The notes: generated from the sequence alone by a model not told the origin. DNA of 64,000 bases from a virus (IMGVR_UViG_3300013232_000486); one strand, 5' to 3'. Positions 37,805 through 47,981 are shown, numbered from the stretch's first letter. Translations and numbers: made by a program.

Positions 37805-38635
37805 TCAGTAGCAGCGGTTAGAGAACTCGCAGAAATAGCAAGGAATCTTGCTTTGCGAGTAACCAGGTGGAAGAGGAGGCATCTTGTTAGCCTCTAACAC
37901 GGAGAGGAGCCACTTTGACTCCTTCTTGATCCTCTCGACCAAATTTGGATCAAGAGGTACTGGCATCTCCTTTATCCTCTGATCGTCCTTACATTCGTAG
38001 AGAACAACTGCCATACTCAGGTTCAAGAGCCACATGTAGATGTGAACCTGGACGACGTGTTCCCACTTCGCGTGGACGATGTCATCGAAGTCACTGCTCT
38101 TCGAAGACTTGAAGTCGACGACAAAAAGGTCGTTCGGGCCAGCGGGCTTGTTCTGCCCAAGTGGTCCACGGACGTCGACGATCGCGTCGACGCTACCCTT
38201 GAAGTTGAAGTCCTTGTCCGACGTGACCACCAACTCGTGGTAGTCGAGGTATTTCGTGTTTCCGCATTGGCACTTGAACCCATCGGCGCGGGACGGGTTG
38301 AAGATCCCCATCGGCGACTCAAGCCCGTATATCTTTCGGCATAGCGGATTCGGACACTGCCAGGCCCCGCGCAGGACGTTCGCGTTATCGAGGTACTTCT
38401 GCCACCTGTGATGGATCCCGTGGCCGTTGTCGAAGATCATCTCCATCCTGATGTTGACGTCCGTCGTCTCTCTGACGTGAAACTTGAACTTCTCGTTATA
38501 GTACTGAAAGGCCACCTTCCTCAAGCATGATCCCCACGCCGAGGGATGGAAATGATCGTGTCGGCGGTCACTGTTAAGCGCCTTCTTGATCAAATATGGA
38601 GCCACCAGTGAGGTCACTCTCGTCACGCAGCCCAC
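37805..38635 (-). CDS. PD-(D/E)xK nuclease, Cas4/RecB-family-like, with a four-Cys cluster
   Basis: DAIVD...LFVVDFKSSK forms the D...(D/E)xK motif. A C-terminal CYFCEFSNRC plus an N-terminal Cys fits a Cas4-style iron-sulfur arrangement. Confidence 0.6.
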   Translation of the reverse strand: MGCVTRVTSLVAPYLIKKALNSDRRHDHFHPSAWGSCLRKVAFQYYNEKFKFHVRETTDVNIRMEMIFDNGHGIHHRWQKYLDNANVLRGAWQCPNPLCRKIYGLESPMGIFNPSRADGFKCQCGNTKYLDYHELVVTSDKDFNFKGSVDAIVDVRGPLGQNKPAGPNDLFVVDFKSSKSSDFDDIVHAKWEHVVQVHIYMWLLNLSMAVVLYECKDDQRIKEMPVPLDPNLVERIKKESKWLLSVLEANKMPPLPPGYSQSKIPCYFCEFSNRCY

Positions 38636-39504
38636 TCCTTATCAAACCACATGCCCGAGGTCGTGAGCTGGGTTATGATGTTCTGCTTCATCACGTAGCT
38701 GCCGTTCTTGCGGATGAAATCGTCTGGATCAACGTCCTTCGGCAACGTCACCATGCAATGCTGCAAGCTATGCATCGTCATTCCAGACACGGGCTTAGAC
38801 GAAAACAGCTTGAGTATCTCGTTGACCTTGGCCGAGTGGTTCTGGCCAGCATGGTCTCCGTCCATCAATACCACAATCTGCCTGGTCCAGCGCTTCAGGA
38901 GCTGTGCATGAAGAGGAGTGAACGCTCCTCCAAGTACTCCCACCGTGTTGGTAAGCCCGTACGAGTGCATTACGATCGTGTCGATCTGTCCTTCGACCAG
39001 TATCGCGAACCCGCTCTTCATGATGCTCTGCTTCGCCAGGTTCAATCCGAAAAGATGGTCTCCTTTAGGGTAGGTCTCGTTCCAGTACTTCGGCTTGTCC
39101 TCCTCGACGGTCACCTCAGACATCTTTACCTTTTTCTGGTTCCCAAACGGATCAACGTAGTGGTACTCGTCCGCAATGCCCTTGATGTCCATCGCGACCG
39201 TTTGTTCTTCAGCCTTGTTGACCAGAACCTTGTAGATCGGCCTTACGGACAACACCAAGAGCTTGTCGTATGCATCAAAGATCGGTATGACAATCCTTCC
39301 TCCGAAGTCGCTGGGCGCAGAGAACGGGACGTAGCCAAGCATGAACTTTGAGATTGACGCCCAATCAATGCCGCGATCCTCGATCAAGTACTTCCTTCCT
39401 GGAGCGCCCGATTCTTCCTGACACAAAGCAAGCCTCGACCCGCCGAAAGTAGCATCCCTTTCGGCGGGGTCGAGGCCATCACACTTTATCCTCTTTGGCC
39501 TCAC
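38623..39504 (-). CDS. DnaG-like DNA primase (TOPRIM domain)
   Basis: TOPRIM AILVEGQIDTIVMHSYGLTNTVGVLGG and VVLMDGDHAGQ. Confidence 0.75.
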   Translation of the reverse strand: MRPKRIKCDGLDPAERDATFGGSRLALCQEESGAPGRKYLIEDRGIDWASISKFMLGYVPFSAPSDFGGRIVIPIFDAYDKLLVLSVRPIYKVLVNKAEEQTVAMDIKGIADEYHYVDPFGNQKKVKMSEVTVEEDKPKYWNETYPKGDHLFGLNLAKQSIMKSGFAILVEGQIDTIVMHSYGLTNTVGVLGGAFTPLHAQLLKRWTRQIVVLMDGDHAGQNHSAKVNEILKLFSSKPVSGMTMHSLQHCMVTLPKDVDPDDFIRKNGSYVMKQNIITQLTTSGMWFDKEWAA

Positions 39505-40736
39505 TACTCCTCCTTAGCCAAAATGTCTTCGAGCCCCACTTGACGCTCCTTGACGAAATCAATGACATCTGGGTCAAGCAGCGCGACTTCCTTCACCTTG
39601 TCCGCCATCTCGGCGATCATCTTTGGAGTAAGCTTCGCCTTCAGAGCGTCCATGTCGGCCATCGGCTCGGTGATATGCGGAGGGAAGAGGAAGGCCAGGT
39701 CGTCCTTCTTCTTTTTCGTGGTGATGATCTTGTTTGACAAAGCCAAATCCACGAGGATGTCGAACGGATGTGGTCGTTCTTCTCCATAGTATATCGGAAC
39801 GATGACCTCCTTGAAGGGAGGCCCAAATCGGCTCTTCTTGATCACGATCTTCGAGCGAATTCCGATTTCCTCTCCATCCGCGTTAAGGATTCCACGCGTC
39901 TTAGAGGACGCCTGACTCAAGCGCAGCCTCAAAGAGGCGTAGAACTTTAGAGACTCGCCACCTGGCGTCGTTTCTGGGTCAGCGTACATCACACCGATCT
40001 TCATTCGGATCTGGTTGATGAAGACCACCGTGCAATTGCCTTCCTTGGCCGCTGCCACGATCCTCGGCAAACAACGAGACATCAAACGCGCCTTCTCGCC
40101 GATCTTCTCATTGTCTTCAAGTTTGCATTCAAGGATCTTTTCTGGCGTAAGCCCAGCAAGGGAGTCGACCACGGCCAGCCTATACGAGCCAGTTCGAACG
40201 TTCTTTTCCAACTCTGTCAGGAACTGCTCAGCCGTGATGTATTTCGGCTGATTGTTCAGAACGACCCTTGAAACATCGACGCCATGAGACATGGCCCATT
40301 CTGGCTGGAACGAACCTTCAGCGTCTTGCCATAGGACCAGCGAACCCAACGTCTTGTGTACGTTCGCGGCCATCTTCATGCCAAGGCATGACTTGCCTCC
40401 AGCATTAGGGCCATAGAACTCACATAGATAACCCAGAGGGACGCCACCACGACCATTCTTCGCGTAGAAGCTCGGGCAGATAGCCTCGTCTAGGTGGGCA
40501 TGTCCAGTGGATATGACGTCTGGGATTGCCTCATAGGTATTCGCGAATTGTATTTCACCAACGTCTTTGAGGCCTAATTTTTTCCTTAACGCCTCAAGCA
40601 TCTTGGTTCTTGCTTTTTCTTCCTCCTCCTTTTTTTCTTCGCTTTCATCAGGAGTAGTTGATGGTTCTGGCTGATTGGGTTGAACAGCAACCAGCTCTTC
40701 GCTTTCTTTTTCTTCCTTGGATTTCTTCTTGGCCAT
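39504..40736 (-). CDS. recA: RecA recombinase
   Basis: EFYGPNAGGKSCLG (Walker A), VLWQDAEGSF, LAVVDSLAGL, INQIRMKIGVMYADPETTPGG.SLKFYASLRL; collinear with E. coli RecA. Start placed at the ATG preceded by GGAGA; the ORF track starts 12 nt upstream. Confidence 0.95.
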   Translation of the reverse strand: MAKKKSKEEKESEELVAVQPNQPEPSTTPDESEEKKEEEEKARTKMLEALRKKLGLKDVGEIQFANTYEAIPDVISTGHAHLDEAICPSFYAKNGRGGVPLGYLCEFYGPNAGGKSCLGMKMAANVHKTLGSLVLWQDAEGSFQPEWAMSHGVDVSRVVLNNQPKYITAEQFLTELEKNVRTGSYRLAVVDSLAGLTPEKILECKLEDNEKIGEKARLMSRCLPRIVAAAKEGNCTVVFINQIRMKIGVMYADPETTPGGESLKFYASLRLRLSQASSKTRGILNADGEEIGIRSKIVIKKSRFGPPFKEVIVPIYYGEERPHPFDILVDLALSNKIITTKKKKDDLAFLFPPHITEPMADMDALKAKLTPKMIAEMADKVKEVALLDPDVIDFVKERQVGLEDILAKEE

Positions 40737-40761
40737 TTTATTCTCCATTCAAATTGGCAAT

Positions 40762-40792
40762 GGAGGGCGCGGGTATTGTTCCCGCGCCCTCC
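40762..40792. other. GC-rich perfect hairpin (12-bp stem GGAGGGCGCGGG / CCCGCGCCCTCC, 7-nt loop) between the ssb-like and recA genes
   Basis: Seen directly in the sequence. It has no clean U-tract on either strand, so it may be an attenuator, an RNA processing or stability element, or a weak terminator. Confidence 0.6.
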
Positions 40793-40808
40793 CAAACAAG
40801 TTCTATTT

Positions 40809-41483
40809 CTAGAACTTGATATCGTCGTCAGCTACAGCCTTCGCGGCAACGGCTGCCGTGGCGGGCTTACTCTGGGATGCCGCGCCTGCTGGAGGAGCGG
40901 TGATCCCCTTCGAGGACATCAAAGCCCTGATTTCTTCCGGGGTGTGATCCCTGCGGAGATCCTTGAGCTTGGCCATGAGTCCCTCGGCTCCACCAGCGGC
41001 CTTGAGGACGGCGATTTCGTCCTGAGTGAACGGAGCCACGTTCATGTGGACGGCGGTGTACTTCGTCCGCATCCGCGTCTCGCCCTTGTCGACGATGATG
41101 CGGAAGTCGGGGGCCTTCATGCCGCCAGCGGACTCGCCGCCATTGGCCTGAGACCACTTCTTAAAGTCCTTCGCCAGTCCCATCGAGAAGTCCATCAGCT
41201 TGAGCGAGTTACTATCCTCGCGATGGAACACCCAGCACGCGAACCTTTCTTTGGGTTCGTGACCGAGAGCCATCAACGGATCAATGATCTCGCCAGTCTT
41301 CTCGTCCTTGTAAGGACTGCGACAGATGACGGGTTCCCAATGCTGAAGGTAACAGAGCGGGTCAAGAATGAGGCGAACCGTATAGGTGTTGCCTGGCTCA
41401 AGCTTCAGGAAGCTAGAGGCCTTGCCCTTTCCTCCCTTCGCGTTAGTGGGGATTTCATTCCAACCGAAAACTTTTCCAGCCAT
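40809..41483 (-). CDS. single-stranded DNA-binding protein-like with an acidic C-terminal tail
   Basis: The C-terminus ...AVADDDIKF mimics the bacterial SSB tail DDDIPF. An SD AAAGGAGA precedes the ATG. The protein sits between the primase/recA and dnaE genes. Confidence 0.5.
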   Translation of the reverse strand: MAGKVFGWNEIPTNAKGGKGKASSFLKLEPGNTYTVRLILDPLCYLQHWEPVICRSPYKDEKTGEIIDPLMALGHEPKERFACWVFHREDSNSLKLMDFSMGLAKDFKKWSQANGGESAGGMKAPDFRIIVDKGETRMRTKYTAVHMNVAPFTQDEIAVLKAAGGAEGLMAKLKDLRRDHTPEEIRALMSSKGITAPPAGAASQSKPATAAVAAKAVADDDIKF

Positions 41484-41578
41484 TGTACGTCTCCTTTGCT
41501 TCTACTTGTACTTCACTTTGGTACTTTGGTATCTGTCTCGGCCACATAGGTCGAGAACTTAACTTCGCGGAGTATGCA

Positions 41579-42868
41579 CTACCACTCAACCACTCCTTTC
41601 TTGTATTTTTCCTTGGCCTTCACTGGAGCCGCGTTAAAGGTCTCAAGGCCACTAAGGCCCTCAACCGCTTGACTATCCTTTGCCTTGACTGGCGCAGAAA
41701 TGAAGTCTGCGACCGTCTTGCTTTCTTCTTTCTCAAAAGGGAGGGAGATGTTCTCAGCCGCCTTCTGAACGTCTATGGAAGCCACTGGCTCCTGCCGAGC
41801 TTCTGGCTTTTCTTGCTCCTTCACGAAGCTTTGGTACTCGGTATGGCGCTGATTACCCATGAACACGGCCTTGGCCCTCTCGATCTGGGCCGTCATCAGC
41901 CTGCTCAAAGCCTCGTTCTGGGAACCAAGGTGTTTGTAGAGTCTTTCGTACTGGTCGTTGAGATGCTTGATTCTGGTGTACCGCTTGAACAAGTCGGACG
42001 CCATGTAATGGACTTCGGAAACCCTTCTCTCGCGGTTGCTCGCCACCGAACACGAGACGCCGATCTGAACCGCGAACTCAAGGGCTTCCTCAATCGCGAT
42101 GTAGATTGCACTGAGCTTGATCAGGCAGCTTACGACGGCATCTCGCTTTGCCTGAACCTCGGCGATGTGATTGGAGATTGAATCGAGGTCTGAGCGGTAG
42201 GCGTCGACCGAGATTCGGACGACGTAATCGTCAATGCTGTCGGCCATCTGATCCAAGTCAGCGTCTGGCGTCGATTCCATGATGGCCTCGACGACCGACA
42301 TGACCTTCTCTTGGAATTCGTTGGCCCTAAATCCCTCGCAGAGATCGCTCAATGGAGCCTTGGTCTTGTGTTTTTCCTCTGCGAGTTCTTCCTTGGCTTC
42401 CTCCTTTGGAGGAGCTGGGTCTTTGTGCTTTTCTGGAGGGAATCCCTCGGCGACCGATTCCTTGCCAGCAGAAGCGAAGACGTCTTCCTTCGGCGCGGAC
42501 GCCTTTGGTTCTTCCTTCTTTGGCTCTTCGGTCTTGGGAGGAACTGAGGGTATGTCAAAAATGTCATCAAGGTCGGTCGTCATCGGTACATCCTTCGGTT
42601 GCGCGGTACTGGGCGTCTTGGCCAAGGGGTCTATCACAGACTCCCCAGCTTTGTCATGATTGATTATTACACAAACTTCGGCAATGTCCTCTTTTTTTTT
42701 CAAAAAATTGTGCGCACAATCAGGATTCGCCGCAGAAATCAGTGCAACAAACTGATCCATGTTCGCTCGCCATGCTTTCTCTTCGGCGGACCAGTCCCTC
42801 TTGAGCAGCTTGCGAGGAGCGCATTTCTGCTCGAAGATGGACGAGAGGACGGGGTTATCTGATTGCAC
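41579..42868 (-). CDS. hypothetical acidic/Lys-rich protein
   Basis: 429 aa; contains a T9/A6 homopolymer stretch at 42691-42706. Confidence 0.45.
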   Translation of the reverse strand: MQSDNPVLSSIFEQKCAPRKLLKRDWSAEEKAWRANMDQFVALISAANPDCAHNFLKKKEDIAEVCVIINHDKAGESVIDPLAKTPSTAQPKDVPMTTDLDDIFDIPSVPPKTEEPKKEEPKASAPKEDVFASAGKESVAEGFPPEKHKDPAPPKEEAKEELAEEKHKTKAPLSDLCEGFRANEFQEKVMSVVEAIMESTPDADLDQMADSIDDYVVRISVDAYRSDLDSISNHIAEVQAKRDAVVSCLIKLSAIYIAIEEALEFAVQIGVSCSVASNRERRVSEVHYMASDLFKRYTRIKHLNDQYERLYKHLGSQNEALSRLMTAQIERAKAVFMGNQRHTEYQSFVKEQEKPEARQEPVASIDVQKAAENISLPFEKEESKTVADFISAPVKAKDSQAVEGLSGLETFNAAPVKAKEKYKKGVVEW

Positions 42869-42876
42869 TTGTCACC

Positions 42877-43140
42877 TCAAACGGTATCAAAGGTCCCAAC
42901 GGGGACGTCCTTGCCGTTCACCTTCACCATACGCTTGCGACCGAGCTGCGTCATCACGTACTCGGCTTCCTCCTTGAGGAGGGCCGTCACCGTTTTGTCC
43001 ATGCCCTTGGACTTCTCGACCAACTCCTCTGGCTTCTCGAAGGTCACCTCGGTCTCAATGGACTTCGTGACCTCGATCGTCTCGTAGTTTCCCGTATTGA
43101 TCTTCATCGACACAGCCGCCACTATCTTCGCAGTTCTCAT
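42877..43140 (-). CDS. hypothetical protein
   Basis: 87-aa ORF. Confidence 0.35.
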   Translation of the reverse strand: MRTAKIVAAVSMKINTGNYETIEVTKSIETEVTFEKPEELVEKSKGMDKTVTALLKEEAEYVMTQLGRKRMVKVNGKDVPVGTFDTV

Positions 43141-43142
43141 GG

Positions 43143-46127
43143 CTAAAGCGCGAACCCACCAGCAATTCCATCTTCAGTCGTGTCGAAGATGCTGCCAATG
43201 CCCTCGCGCTCCTCCTTTCTCGCTCCCGTCACCTTTTTTTCCTTGTCCGCCCTCTTGGACTTGTCCTCATACTCCTTGAACAAGTCTCCGGGGGTGACGA
43301 CGGACTTTCCTAGCGCCTTGCCAAGCGCTGGCTTGAAACAGTCAAAAGCCCCTTCCTTGATGAGGGCGCTGGCAACGTTACTGTTAACTCCGCGATCAGC
43401 ACGCATGCAGTAATCAAAGATGTCCTTGTACGGCTGGCCAAGAACGATGCTCTTTGAGGCTCCTTGACCAACTCCCTTTATGCCAGCAAAACCACGACGG
43501 ATGTACTTCGTCTTTCCGTCGGACTCGACGGTGTAGTAGAACTTCGAGTTGTTCACGTCCAATGGCTTGAACTGTATGGCCATCGACCGAGCGCCCTTTT
43601 CGTACAACTCGACGGTATCAAATGCCTCAAACTCTCCTTCGATCGATATCTGCGCGGCCATGAACTCGACGGGATGGTAGGTCTTCAGCCACGCGCATTG
43701 GTAAGCGACCTTGGAATACGCAGCGCTATGGCTCTTGTTGAACGCGTATTCCGAGAACTTTTCCATCGTCTCCCACAAGGACGTTGCTTGCTGTGTCGTA
43801 CAAGTCTTCAGTTTCTCGCATCCAGAAATGAACTTCGGGCGCATCTGGTCAAGAATGGACTGCTTCTTCTTGCCCATGGCCTTTCTAACCTTATCGCCCT
43901 CAGAACCAGAGAATCCAGCGAGCAAGCGGACGGCTTTGATGATCTGTTCCTGGTATACGAAAATGCCATAGGTTGGCTTGAGTACTGGCTCTAGAGCGGG
44001 AACTGGATAGGTGACGTTGCCTCCCTTTTTCCTGGCAACGAACGTGTCAATGTTCTGCATTGGACCCGGGCGGAACAACGCGTTCGCGGCGACGATATCT
44101 TCAAAACAACTGGCATTCATGTCCTTAAGAACGCGCTGCATGCCATCAGACTCAAACTGGAAGATAGCCAGCGTATCTCCACGAGCGAACATCCTGAAGA
44201 CTTCTGGATCGTTTAGAGGAAGGTTGTTGAGGTCCCATGGATACTTCCACTCGCCACGGCGCGTGATGGCATCAACCGCGATCGAGAACGCTCCTAGAAC
44301 TTTGGTCGAAAGCAAGTCGAACTTGATGCCGCCAAGCTTCTCGACGTCCCCCATGTCGTACACAGTAGCTAGCGACTCGTCTTCGGATGACGTGAAGTCT
44401 CTGACTCTCTGTTTCGGAGCCAACTCAACGGTCGGGCGCTCCGTTATGAGGATGCCAGCAGCATGTATCGCCTTCTTCTCGATCAGCCCCTCAATATGTT
44501 CGGCGAACTCGAACACCTCTTGGTACAGCTTGCGCTGATCGTTGATCGCTGGTACCTTGTCGTATAGGCATTCGTGATCCTTGTCCACCTTTGACCTTGA
44601 CAAGACCAACTTAGCGCCTTCTGGGCCTTTTGGGATCAAAGACGTCAACTCATTGGCCCTTGCGTTCGTTTCGCTCTTGCCAGACTTGTCTTGTGTGTTC
44701 CTTCTGGACGCCTTGTACTTGCCTTGGTCTCGGAGACTCTTGTTGAGTTTCTTCTGCTGTTCTTCTTTCTCGTAGTCGCCGCCAACGTCAAAGACCCTGA
44801 ATGCAGCCTTGATGGCGCTGGCGACGTGATAGGTACCAATCGTTCCGATCCTGGCGCAGTGGTCTTCTCCATAGAGTTCGCACAGATGCCGATAGACCTC
44901 TGGCTGACGACGAGAATCAAAGTCAACGTCGATGTCAGGCATCTCGTTTCTGGTTTCGTCCAAGAAACGCTCAAAGAGCAAGTCCAACGGTAGCGGATCC
45001 AAGTCGGTGATACCCAAACTGTAGATAACCAAGGAGCCAGCAGCCGATCCTCGGCCAGCGCCAACCCAAATGCCTTGTTTCCTAGCCCAGTTGCAATACT
45101 CGGCCACAATCAAAAAGTAACGATCAAAATCGTAGCCTTGGCTCTTAAGCTTTTTGATGACTTCCAATTCTTCCTTGTATCTCGCCTCGTATACTGGATT
45201 TCCTTCCTTCCCGATCCTCTTCATCCCCTCTCTGGCGAGATGCTCAAGGTACGTCATCTGGTCATTGAAGCCATTAGGCAGAGCGACCATCGGCAACTGC
45301 GGCTTCCCGAATTCCAAGTTGGCTTTACACTTCTCGGCAATTTCCAGAGCAGAGACCACTGCTTGCTTGTTCTGTCCTCCCAGGAACTCGATCATCTCTT
45401 CTGGCGATTTCAAGTAGAACTGATTCGTCCCATGCTGCATGCGGGACGGATCCTTCATGCATCGCTTTGTGTTAAGGGCCATCACGGCCTCTTGGATGGA
45501 AGCTTGTCCCTTCTCAAGGTAATGGACGTCATTCGTCCCAACGATCTTGATCCCGTTGGATGCTGCAATCTTAGCCACTCCCTCGTACGCCTTTCTTTCG
45601 ACGTCGAGGTTGTGATATTGAACTTCTAGATAGAAGTCCTCTCCAAAGATGTCCTTAAACCTTCCCGCGTGGCGCATGGCAGCGTCGTAACCAGACTCGA
45701 TGTACGTTTCAGGGACAATGCCAGACACGCAAGCCGACGTGGCCACGATGCCCTCGTGGTATTTCTCTAGCAGTTCCCAGTCTATGCGCGGCGAGTAGTA
45801 GAACCCCTCTATGTTGGCCAGTTCCACCAGGCGCCCTATGTTTTTCATCCCCACGTCGTTCTTGGCAAGAAGGATCAAATGATGGTTGTCCCTCTTGTGC
45901 TCAAACCTGTTTTCTGTGAAGTATGCCTCGACGCCGAAGATTGGCTTCAACTCATGCTTTTTGCAAGCAAGCGCGTACTTGACCCATCCAGAAATCGTTC
46001 CGTGATCCGTCATGGCCAAAGACTTATAGCCAAGCTCCTTCGCCTTCTTGACGAGTCCTTCAAGGGCGATCGGGGCGTCCAGAGGGCTGTATTCCGTGTG
46101 GACATGTAAGTGAACGAACTCAGCCAT
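43143..46127 (-). CDS. dnaE: DNA polymerase III alpha subunit
   Basis: PHP domain FVHLHVHTEYSPLDAPIA...MTDHGTISG, FNKSHSAAYSKVAYQCAWLKTYHPVEFMAA, and polymerase core motifs; 994 aa. Confidence 0.95.
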   Translation of the reverse strand: MAEFVHLHVHTEYSPLDAPIALEGLVKKAKELGYKSLAMTDHGTISGWVKYALACKKHELKPIFGVEAYFTENRFEHKRDNHHLILLAKNDVGMKNIGRLVELANIEGFYYSPRIDWELLEKYHEGIVATSACVSGIVPETYIESGYDAAMRHAGRFKDIFGEDFYLEVQYHNLDVERKAYEGVAKIAASNGIKIVGTNDVHYLEKGQASIQEAVMALNTKRCMKDPSRMQHGTNQFYLKSPEEMIEFLGGQNKQAVVSALEIAEKCKANLEFGKPQLPMVALPNGFNDQMTYLEHLAREGMKRIGKEGNPVYEARYKEELEVIKKLKSQGYDFDRYFLIVAEYCNWARKQGIWVGAGRGSAAGSLVIYSLGITDLDPLPLDLLFERFLDETRNEMPDIDVDFDSRRQPEVYRHLCELYGEDHCARIGTIGTYHVASAIKAAFRVFDVGGDYEKEEQQKKLNKSLRDQGKYKASRRNTQDKSGKSETNARANELTSLIPKGPEGAKLVLSRSKVDKDHECLYDKVPAINDQRKLYQEVFEFAEHIEGLIEKKAIHAAGILITERPTVELAPKQRVRDFTSSEDESLATVYDMGDVEKLGGIKFDLLSTKVLGAFSIAVDAITRRGEWKYPWDLNNLPLNDPEVFRMFARGDTLAIFQFESDGMQRVLKDMNASCFEDIVAANALFRPGPMQNIDTFVARKKGGNVTYPVPALEPVLKPTYGIFVYQEQIIKAVRLLAGFSGSEGDKVRKAMGKKKQSILDQMRPKFISGCEKLKTCTTQQATSLWETMEKFSEYAFNKSHSAAYSKVAYQCAWLKTYHPVEFMAAQISIEGEFEAFDTVELYEKGARSMAIQFKPLDVNNSKFYYTVESDGKTKYIRRGFAGIKGVGQGASKSIVLGQPYKDIFDYCMRADRGVNSNVASALIKEGAFDCFKPALGKALGKSVVTPGDLFKEYEDKSKRADKEKKVTGARKEEREGIGSIFDTTEDGIAGGFAL

Positions 46128-46527
46128 GCTTTGGAGGCTCCTTGTTGAACGGACATTCCTTGCATTGGCTTGGCATGGTCAAGTATTCGACGATGGCTTG
46201 ATGAAAAACGATCCTCGCTGAGCGACCATATGACTCGGCATACTTTTTGGCAGCGTCCATGACCGAGTTATCAACCTTAATCCATCCGTCATCCGCCACC
46301 TTACGGACTCCAGACGCAAACGCCTTCAAAGCCAACGACTGCCTTCCAGTCTCTATCCCGACAAGTTGGTCCCTATGGAACGGACAAGCGAAACACTTCT
46401 GGTCCTTACCACAAAAACCGTACAGCGCCTCAGTCGCGATCATCGTCATAGTCTTCCCTTCGAATCGGGAACACTTGACCTTTTTGATGAACTCAATGAT
46501 CTTCTTGTCGATCCTGATTGATTGCAT
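46120..46527 (-). CDS. hypothetical Cys-containing protein
   Basis: 135 aa with CFACPFH and CKECPF. Confidence 0.4.
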   Translation of the reverse strand: MQSIRIDKKIIEFIKKVKCSRFEGKTMTMIATEALYGFCGKDQKCFACPFHRDQLVGIETGRQSLALKAFASGVRKVADDGWIKVDNSVMDAAKKYAESYGRSARIVFHQAIVEYLTMPSQCKECPFNKEPPKHG

Positions 46528-46530
46528 CGC

Positions 46531-46914
46531 TCAAACCTTAGTCGGAGAGAAGAACTTCGTCGTACCGCCCTCCTCGCAAACTCCAACGTACTTGACGTTA
46601 TTCGCGGTCTTAGGGAAGTTCCCCAGTAACACGTCCTTTGAATCCTTGTTCATCGGAGCGGACTTAGGAAGTCCGATCCACGATGGAGTTCGACCAAAGC
46701 ATTGATCTTCGTTCTCGTCCATCCAGTCGGGCGTGGGATCAACGCCACGATCATAGACTCGAACTATCGCCCAGCCGCCAGCAATCGCCTTCTTCACGGC
46801 CTCGGCCACCACGTCGCGCTCGGTCTGCGACAAGTCTCCAAGACCAGTCGGGTTCATCACCACGAGTATCCCGTTGAACGGCTCGCTGCTTGGTTGGTCT
46901 AGCCAGATCCCCAT
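46531..46914 (-). CDS. hypothetical protein
   Basis: 127-aa ORF. Confidence 0.4.
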   Translation of the reverse strand: MGIWLDQPSSEPFNGILVVMNPTGLGDLSQTERDVVAEAVKKAIAGGWAIVRVYDRGVDPTPDWMDENEDQCFGRTPSWIGLPKSAPMNKDSKDVLLGNFPKTANNVKYVGVCEEGGTTKFFSPTKV

Positions 46915-46956
46915 GTTGCACAGTTCCTCCCGAAACCGTGCTGCATGTTAGCTCCA

Positions 46957-47535
46957 TCACTTGGATCTGTAAAGGCCTTTTTTAAGCAAAAATTCCCACA
47001 ATGCTTGAGGGAACCATCGAGACTCGTTACTTCCAGCGGCGAGACGAGCCGCCATATCGGACGGACTTTGCGCATACTTGCGTATCGACCACATGTTCTT
47101 GTATTGCAAAGATTCTTGACCACTAAAGGCTGCTACCACGTCGACGTCGCAACTTCCCCTCTCGGTGGCCAGCATGCACGTCTTGGTCTTAACGAATGGC
47201 CAATGCTTCACGATCCATTCTTTCAAGGATTTCGGATCCACGATCTTCTTGTTGATCGCCACGCTGTTAAAACCAACGACTCGATGATTCGCCGAGTAAT
47301 ATTCCGAACATAACACGGAGCAGCATTGCGTGGCTCGCTTGGCTTGCTCGTCATTGACATACAATGGGCATAGCCAGACCTTTGAAAACTTGCCCTGGTC
47401 GAACGCCGCGTCGAAAACCCTAAACAAGTCCATCGTTGGAGGGTCACAAGAAGAAAGCACCAGACACGTCTCGTCGCCTGGCTTCCACTTGTCTACGTCT
47501 GACGGAGCTATCTTCATAGTCTCAAAAACTCGCAA
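46957..47535 (-). CDS. hypothetical protein
   Basis: 192-aa ORF. Confidence 0.4.
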   Translation of the reverse strand: MRVFETMKIAPSDVDKWKPGDETCLVLSSCDPPTMDLFRVFDAAFDQGKFSKVWLCPLYVNDEQAKRATQCCSVLCSEYYSANHRVVGFNSVAINKKIVDPKSLKEWIVKHWPFVKTKTCMLATERGSCDVDVVAAFSGQESLQYKNMWSIRKYAQSPSDMAARLAAGSNESRWFPQALWEFLLKKGLYRSK

Positions 47536-47981
47536 GCCGCCCTTAATTGGGATGTTGATTCAAGCTTTGGAAGTGGATGCAGCGAGCCGACCTCTTGCTC
47601 CAACTTTTCCAATCGTTCTTTGACGCCCATTTGCCCAGTAAAAGAATCATCAATCAGGAGTTTTGTCCCATGCTGAAGGCAACCATGAATCGCCAGGCCA
47701 GCGCCATAATCGTAGACGCTCTTTTCCCCTAGAGTCATGAACGACATGACTCCTTCCCGATCAACTACCCGACATTCACCAATAATTCCCGTCGTCGAGC
47801 CAGTGAACAACCATCCACCGACAGCGCAAATCTTAGACGACGCGCTGATCATGTCGTCGTATGGCTTATTGCATAGCATACTCACAAAGAGAGCGCCTGC
47901 CCCACCTTGCGCCTCCAAGACGACCATGTACTGGCCGTCTGGGAACGGGCCGACGATCCTTCGCGGAACGACCTCGATCAT
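47514..47981 (-). CDS. hypothetical protein
   Basis: 155-aa ORF. Confidence 0.4.
   Translation of the reverse strand: MIEVVPRRIVGPFPDGQYMVVLEAQGGAGALFVSMLCNKPYDDMISASSKICAVGGWLFTGSTTGIIGECRVVDREGVMSFMTLGEKSVYDYGAGLAIHGCLQHGTKLLIDDSFTGQMGVKERLEKLEQEVGSLHPLPKLESTSQLRAACEFLRL

Noticed and set aside
47514-47981. dUTPase, PanD or L,D-transpeptidase identity for the 155-aa protein
   Set aside because: The motifs I looked for (GxxDxxYxGE, RSG, xGCxR) do not fit; left as hypothetical.
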